Below are positions 55,198 through 64,000 of a stretch of 64,000 bases of DNA, one piece after another. This DNA is from Eledone cirrhosa (Eukaryota). The notes beneath the pieces were generated by a model. It made no database searches. It was not told where the DNA came from and was given only the letters and a program-made list of their open reading frames with translations. Where the stretch lies: the NCBI GenBank assembly GCA_964016885.1, contig OZ024761.1, positions 25,420,001-25,484,000 on the forward strand. Direction: 5' to 3'. The position numbers and the translations under genes were made by a program. The number at the start of each line of letters is the position of its first letter. The stretch's first letter is position 1.

Positions 55198-57031
55198 CAG
55201 TATTAAAGTTTGCTTGAAGCATTGTGGAACAATAAGTAAATATCTTTAAGTCGTTTGGAAGCCTCGACAATGCAAATGGGTAAATCTCCGAGTAACAAGG
55301 TCCGGTGGTGGAGAGAGAGATGTAAGTGGGTGTACGTTGAGATTTCTAGTGAGCCGTTTTTTTCTCGTATATATCTTTATATATATATATATATAAAGAT
55401 ATGTAAGTGTACGTACATGTAAATGTTATATATATATGTGAATGCATATATATAAAATCTTCCTGATATACCTATCATATTTATTAAAGTACCTAAATCG
55501 TCTAGGTATATTTACGTGTGCTCACTCGAATACATCCATCTCTCTCTCTCTCTCTCCCTCTCTTTCTATTATAACTATATATATATATATATATATATCT
55601 GTCGCTCACTCTTATCTATCTCTCTATATATATAATTACATGTACTAGACGTAATGCGGTGTTGAAGGCATGGTTTACCAAAATGGACGTGCCCTATGTT
55701 GTCAGTACTTATTTAATGTAATAAATTTCTGATTCATTGCATTCCGCATGCTTTCTCCTCTAATGTGCCCATCATAAATTGCGATAATATTCGTGAGTTT
55801 TTCAGTTTGGGGTTTAAATATGTCATAAACTATGTACTGATAATCATTTTCTTGAATGTTATCAACATGAGTGAAATATATACTATATATATATATATAT
55901 ATCAATGGAGAAGGAATGCACATTATCTCATGTATGTATTTTTATGTCATTTATTGGCCGTACATAAAGTGAAACTGTACTGATGTAATTATATAGATTG
56001 TGATATGTAGAGAGTTAGATCTCTATAGTGGAATTTCTTAAATTACACGGAAGAATGAAATGATATAAGTAGTGACTTGATGTGATAAATGTTGTGATGG
56101 AGATGAAGATATAATAGGGAGGTGTTTACTTACACGGGAAATAGTCTGGTAGACATTAGGAAAAGTTACAAATACTAGGGCGGATTGAAGAAGAAGGAGA
56201 AAGAGAAGCAAGCAAAAGAAAACAAATGATAGAAAAGAAACAAAGTAAATGTAGCAGAAGAAGTGGGGAAAAGGAAAATAAGTAAAAGTAGAAGAAGCAG
56301 AAAAAGAAACAAGGAAAAAGAAAAGAAAAATGAAAAAAATGGAAGAAGAAAAATGGAAGAAGAAGAAGAAATGGAAGAAGAAGAAAAAGAAGAAAAAGAA
56401 AAAAAAAAGAGAAAAGAAAAAAGAAGAAGAAGAAAGAAAGAAAGAGACGAAAAGGGGAAGTGGAAGAAGAATGAAAATAAAAAGATAAAGAACAAGAAAA
56501 AGAAGAACATGTAAAGGAAAATCAAGAAGAAAATAGAAAACCAAGGAGAACAAGAATAATTACAATAGCAACAGCATCAAGAAGAACGGCAACAACAACA
56601 AGAATTACAAGAACAACAGCCACAATCCAAATATAATCTACTTAATTCATATAGAAATCTTCGATATTCAGAAATATTACTGTGTGATGGAATATAAAAA
56701 ATATATATATTTGGTTAATTACATGTGTTTTATACGTTGTATAGATTTTACTGAGTAAACTTTACTTAACCTTGAATTTGTATTAAATATATCGATAACG
56801 GCCTTATATGTTTTACAAAGAAATATCGATTGGAAATTCTGTGAAAAATTCTAGAATGAAGACTAAAGGAATTTTAGATGAGTTATTGAAAAATTTTCCA
56901 TAATTGTATAATGAAAGATTTTCTTCCGTTACATAAACATGAAGTAATTCTATGGTTAAACTAAATAGAAAATTTCACGATATATATTGCATATATAAAA
57001 CCATTTATACACTCACACTTGCTCGCTCTTG

Positions 57032-57068
<37 letters not shown>

Positions 57069-57285
57069 ATATATATATTTTGTACTGTTGACCATGTTAT
57101 TCTTCACTTTTTCAATGTTATCACTCCAAGATATACTTACATGGGAATACAAGTGAAGTCATTAACTCGCCATCCACGTAGACCTCTTGTTTCAGCCACA
57201 CAACGCCGTACGCTTAAACTATCCATGATAAGTAGTTTTCACAACCTCTTATCGGATTACCTTTAACGATATATTGTTTTCCTCT

Positions 57286-57320
<35 letters not shown>

Positions 57321-57324
<4 letters not shown>

Positions 57325-57480
57325 TCATCGTTTAACGTCTATCTTCCACGCTAGCATGGGTTAGACGGGAATCGCCCCACTTGAGGCAAGATTGGTCGGG
57401 CGACCGTTTCTCACCCGTGTAGGACTATCTGGCAGGTTTTCTCCGGCTGCATGCCCTTCGTAACACCAACCACATTTACA
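57321..57480 (-). mobile_element. V-domain-like SINE 3' part with RTE-type (GAT)n tail
   Basis: Minus strand: GGTTGGTGTTACGAAGGGCATGCAGCCGGAGAAAA...GTGGAAGATAGACGTTAAACGATGATGAT. Confidence 0.65.
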
Positions 57481-57774
57481 GTGTGGACTGGAAGCATTTT
57501 ACCGCGGTACCTATACGACCACATTACAGCGTGGACTGTATATATAAATATGCACGTGTGTTTCCCCATTTTTTCTTCTCGTTTTCCCCCGAACCCTTCT
57601 CGTCTCACTTTTTACCTATTTATTAATCACCTCTTTCTAACTCTCTCTTCCGGTGAATAACCAGTTTCTGAAACGTTAAGACTATTTCCTGATATTCCAA
57701 GCCTTAAACTAATATATTTTATCAATGTACATCATCAATGGCTTTATTATTTCTGCTTACCTTTTACATAAAAA

Positions 57775-57823
<49 letters not shown>

Positions 57824-58604
57824 CTGACGGCTGCGCTCATGTACCAGATTTGAATAGATCAAATACAGAGAAGGTAACCAGATGTAAACGGCTTCAATTT
57901 CCACTTGTTCGTCCCTATTACAAGTCTGGGGGTGTTCTTTGACTACTTCCTGTTTTTTTTCAGACATTATGGTTTCAGGAATTAATAGTTCTATAATACA
58001 ACAAACGAATAACGCCCCTTCTACTCCAGTCTTTCCGTTTGGATCTAAACTTTTTATTAGGTGTTTGAAAGCTTGTTTGTCTCAATATGGCGGTCGGATA
58101 AAAACTATTAAGATGATGACAAATCAAAATGGAGACGGATGTGAGGAAATCTTGGATCACCAAAGGCGTGACATGACTTTATTTTCTGTGACTCGCTACC
58201 CTTAACTAATCCTCAAAGCAATGTCATCGATCTTTCCTTCACTATCTATGTTTGTCTGTCAAGCCGTTGGTATCGATCTGCCTGCATATCTAACTACGTA
58301 TGTGCTTACACTCCCACCTACATATTTCTATATGAATCTACTTATCTATCCATCGTTGTATCTCTGTCTCTTTCTGTCAATCTCTCCATCTCACTATCTC
58401 TATATCTCCATTTTGATCTTTTTTTCAGTCTCTATCTGTCTGTGGGTTTTTCAAGCTCTTTCTATCACTGTCTACATATCTACGTACCTACCTATCTATC
58501 TTTCTCCATCACTTAACCTCTATATCTATCTAAAAATATATCCACATCTCTATTTCCATATCAATACATCAGTGCGTTTACATATCTACTACCTACCTAT
58601 TTCT

Positions 58605-58610
58605 ATATGG

Positions 58611-58709
<99 letters not shown>

Positions 58710-58712
58710 CAT
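58605..58712. repeat. (TATC)n microsatellite
   Basis: Pure tetranucleotide run. Confidence 0.97.
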
Positions 58713-58932
58713 CTCTATATGTCCTGTATCCATCTATCCATCTATCAGACTCTCTATATCTAAGATTCTGAATTCCACCAGAAAAGTGGGAAACAGAAAT
58801 GCTTGATTTCGAGTATAGATTTAAATTAAATTTACATATTTATCGATCCCACTGGGACGAAGATTGCACAGGATAGAAGGAAAGTTGATCTGTGGTGGAA
58901 CGGTGAGAGGTAAGGAGCGACAAATATGGAGA

Positions 58933-58971
<39 letters not shown>

Positions 58972-59074
58972 TTATATATATAGGTTTAGGGTAATGTTTT
59001 AATGTTGTGTGAAATTATCGCCTTTCATACACACCAAGAATATTAATGACCGAATAAGATTACAAATACACACA

Positions 59075-59263
59075 CATATATACACATATATGCACATATA
59101 TAATATATACATATATATATAATATATACATATATATATATATAATATATACATATATAATATATACATATATAATATATATATATATAATATATACATA
59201 TATAATATATACATATATACAATATACATATATATATATACATATATATATATAATATATACA

Positions 59264-59295
<32 letters not shown>

Positions 59296-59637
59296 ATATA
59301 TACATATATATATATAATATATACATATATATATATAATATATACATATATATATATAATATATACATATATATATATAATATATACATATATATATATA
59401 ATATATACATATATATATATAATATATACATATATATATATAATATATACATATATATATATAATATATACATATATATATATAATATATACATATATAT
59501 ATATAATATATACATATATATATATAATATATACATATATATATAATATATACATATATATATAATATATACATATATATATATAATATATACATATATA
59601 TATATAATATATACATATATATATATAATATATACAT

Positions 59638-59669
<32 letters not shown>

Positions 59670-61187
59670 ATATATACATATAATATATACATATATATAT
59701 ATATATATAATATATACATATATATATATATAATATATACATATATATATATATAATATATACATATATATATAATATATACATATATATATATAATATA
59801 TACATATATATATATATATAATATATACATATATATATATAATATATACATATATATATATATAATATATACATATATAATATATACATATATATATATA
59901 ATATATACATATATATATATATAATATATACATATATATATATAATATATACATATATAATATATACATATATAATATATACAATATATAATATATACAA
60001 TATATAATATATACAATATATAATATATACAATATATAATATATACATATATATAATATATACATATATATAATATATACACATATATAATATACACACA
60101 TATATAATATACACACATATATAATATATACATATATATAATATATACATATATATAATATATACATATATATAATATATACATATATATAATATATACA
60201 TATATATAATATATACATATATATAATATATACATATATATAATATATACATATATATAATATATACATATATATAATATATACATATATATAATATATA
60301 CATATATATAATATATACATATATATAATATATACATATATATAATATATACATATATATAATATATACATATATATAATATATATATATATAATATATA
60401 TATATATAATATATACATATATATAATATATACATATATATAATATATATATATATAATATATACATAATATATATATAATATATATATCATATATACAT
60501 ATATATAATATATACATATATATAATATATACATATATAATATATACATATATCATATATAATATATACATATATAATATATACATATATAATATATACA
60601 TATATAATATATACATATATAATATATACATATATAATATATATATAATATATACATATATAATATATATATAATATATACATATATAATATATATATAA
60701 TATATACATATATAATATATATATAATATATACATATATAATATATATATAATATATACATATATAATATATATATAATATATACATATATAATATATAT
60801 ATAATATATACATATATATAATATATACATATATATAATATATACATATATATAATATATACATATATATAATATATACATATATATAATATATACATAT
60901 ATATAATATATACATATATATAATATATACATATATATAATATATACATATATATAATATATACATATATATAATATATACATATATAATATATATATTT
61001 ATAATATATATATATATATAATATATATATTTATAATATATATATATATATAATATATATATTTATAATATATATATATATATAATATATATATATATAT
61101 AATATATATATATATATAATATATATATATATATATAATATATATATATAATATATATATATATATATAATATATATATATATATAT

Positions 61188-61220
<33 letters not shown>

Positions 61221-61500
61221 ATATATACATATATAATATATATATATATAATATATATATAATATATACATATATATATAATATATATATATATATGTAT
61301 ATATTATATTATATATATATTATATATATAATATATACATATATATATAATATATACATATATATATAATATATACATATATATATAATATATACATATA
61401 TATAATATATACATATATATAATATACATATATATAATATACATATATATAATATACATATATATAATATACATATATATAATATATATACATATATATA
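59075..61500. repeat. ~2.4-kb TATAATATATACATA-type minisatellite array
   Basis: Units of 15-21 nt differing in TA count; source of the 474-629-aa Y/I/M/C ORFs. Confidence 0.97.
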
Positions 61501-64000
61501 AGAGCGAGAGAGTGAGAGAGAGCGAGAGAGATAGAGAGAGCGAGGGAGAGAGATAGAGAGAGCGAAAGAGAGGTACAGCTATGTTATAATTGAAAGTTTG
61601 AATGAAAGTGGATTAGAGAGAGGGTGAGAAAGAGGAGCACAGGGTGAGAGAGAGGGGAAGAGAGAGGAGCACAGGGTGAGAGACAGGGGAAGAGAGAGGA
61701 GGAGAGTGGGAGAGAGAGGAGGAGATGGTGCGAGAGAGAGGGAGAGGGAGTGGAAGAGGGATAGAGAGAGACAGAGGAAGAGAAAGGTTAAGATTAAAGC
61801 GATGGAGTGATTGTGAGAAAGAAAGAATGAGAGAAAGGAAGAAAACGAACGAACAGTAAGAAACAGCGTTATGAAATAATTTAGACATATTAAGAAGAAT
61901 ATAGTAAACACATGAGGATGTGAAAAAGGAAAAAGATGGAAAGAAAACTAGACAGAATGAATGCAATGAAGAACGAGAAAAAGAACGAATCAAAGAACGA
62001 ATAAAGGAACGAGAAAAAGAACGAGAAAAAGAACGAACGTGAGAAAGAACGAACGTGAGAAAGAACGAACGAACATTAAGATAGATTGTTGTGGAAATGT
62101 TTAGACATAGAAATGTTATGGAAATGTTTAGACATGACAGAATTATACAGGTTGATGTGAAAGAGATGGAAAGAAAGTCATAGAAAGAATGAATGCAATA
62201 AAGAGCGAGAAAACGAACGAGAAACGAACGAGAAAAGAGCGAGAAAACGAACGAGAAAAGAGCGAGAAAACGAACGAGAAAAGAGCGAGAAAACGAACGA
62301 GAAAGGAGCGAGAAAGGAACGAGAAAGGAGCGAGAAGGAGCGATAAAGGAACGAGAAGGAGCGAGAAAGGAGCGAAAAGGAGCGAGAAAAAAAACGAGAA
62401 AAGAACGAGAATAGAACGAGAAAAAGAACGAGCAAACGAAGATTAAGAGAGAGAGTTATGAAAATGTTTAGATATGGAAGAATTGGGGAGGATAAATTAT
62501 AAACAGGTTGATGTGAAAGAGATGGAAAGAAAGTGAAAGAAAGAATGAAAGCATTAATGAAAGAGATGAACGAGTTTATATTAATGATGGCGGTGAAACT
62601 TTCAACGTTGTATTGGTGGAAATGTTTATCAATAAATCTTTATATTTCACGACTTAGGAGATATACACCGATATATTGATGTACTGATAAACAGATAAAG
62701 TAGACTATCAAGGAATATGGCTGGAGATTGCAGATAGAAAATGGTGGTGGTATGGTGATTGGTTCGTGGTTGTACGGTGGTGGTGGTATGGTGTTGGTTT
62801 GGTGGTGGTATGGTAATGATGAGATAATGGGATGGTGAAGGTATGGTGGTAGTATGGCCATGATATGGCGGAGGCATGGCAGAGTCATGGCGGAGGAATG
62901 GTGGTGGTATGGTGGTGGTATGGTGGTGGTATGGTGGTGGTGGTATGGTGGTGGTGGTATCGTGGTGGTTCGGTGGTGGTTTGGGTATGGTATCGTGGTG
63001 TTATGGTGGTGGTGTTATGGTGGTGGTATTGCGGTGGTATGACGATGGTATTGCGGTGGTGGTATGGCGATGGTGATATGACGATATGGTGATGGTATGT
63101 GATGATGACATGGTGATGGGTGGTATGGTGGTGGTATGGTGATGGTATTGCGATGGTTTGGCAATGATGATATGACGACATGGTGATGGTGGTGTGGTGG
63201 TAGTATGGTGGTGACATGGAGGTGGAATTGCGATGGTATTGCGGTGGTTTTGCGATGATGGTATGTTAATGGTTGGGAGATGGTTTGGTACTGGTTGCTG
63301 TGAGATGGAAGGGAAGGAAGAGGTGGAGAGATAGATGAAGTGAAATATGGTTTTTATCAAGGATTCTGACTGGCTAGATAGGTTCATAAGAAATTTGTGG
63401 TGATGGTCAGTGTTAGAATGGATTGGCAGAGATTTGGAGAGAGAGAGAGAGAGGAGTCGGAGATAGAGATAGGAGAGACATAGATTGGGAGAGAGAGTGG
63501 GAGAGGAAGTGAGTATGGGAGAAAGAGAGAGATAGAAGTGAGAGAGAGGACAGAGAAGGAGAGGGAAGGAAAAAACAGAAAAAGAGGAAAAAAGAGGCAA
63601 AAGAGGAAAAGGAGAGGAAAAGGAGAGGAAAAGGAGAGGAAAAGGAGAGAAAAAACAGAGGAAAAGAGAAGAAAAAAAGAGGAAAAAAGAGCGGGAAAAG
63701 AGGACAAAGAGGAAAACGAGAGGAAAAAGAGGAAACGAGATGAAAATGAGAAGAAAAACAGAGGAAAAACAGGAAAAACAGAGGAAAAACAGGAAAAACA
63801 GAGGAAAAACAGAGGGAAAATAGGAAAAATAGGAAAAAAGAGAGGAAAAAGAGGGAAACGAGGAAAACGAGGAAAAAGAGGAAAATATGTAAAAGAGGAA
63901 CACGAGAGGTAAACGAGAGGAAAACGAGAGGAAAAACAGAGAAAAACAGATGAAAAACAGAGGAAAAGAGAGGAAAAATAGGGGGAAAGAGAGGAAAAGG
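61500..64000 (+). repeat. Purine-rich low complexity: (GA)n, GAACGAGAAAA, (TGG)n and GAGGAAAA repeats
   Basis: Includes a degenerate block (atgtttagaca...ggttgatgtgaa..agatggaaagaaa) repeated three times at ~61870, 62120 and 62460. Confidence 0.9.

Noticed and set aside
58981-58993. TTTAGGG telomere-like word
   Set aside because: It is a single unit with no array.

Overview
This is an AT-rich, microsatellite-saturated animal (eukaryotic) region, intergenic or intronic. The SINE and LINE families resemble those I recall from octopod cephalopods, but that is recognition, not a database result. I found no host protein-coding gene; almost all ORFs in the supplied track are (TA)n/(CA)n/(GA)n/(TAG)n translation artefacts. 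The non-microsatellite DNA is a mosaic of mobile elements. It includes an internally deleted mariner with ~98-bp TIRs, a non-autonomous Helitron, two mariner-type MITE families, about 20 copies of a tRNA-derived SINE (some in tandem arrays), and RTE, CRE-like and Tx1-like LINE fragments, two of the RTE pieces being internally inverted. The most striking component is a large set of remnants of several Penelope-like element (PLE) families, mostly embedded in (TA)n. They carry more than a dozen minimal hammerhead-ribozyme motifs (about four with a complete core) and repeatedly show one architecture: a full 3' end with a tail, plus an inverted fold-back copy that stops at a fixed internal site. 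Some also have long inverted or direct duplications of flanking DNA. Coordinates were read by eye and may be off by a few bases.
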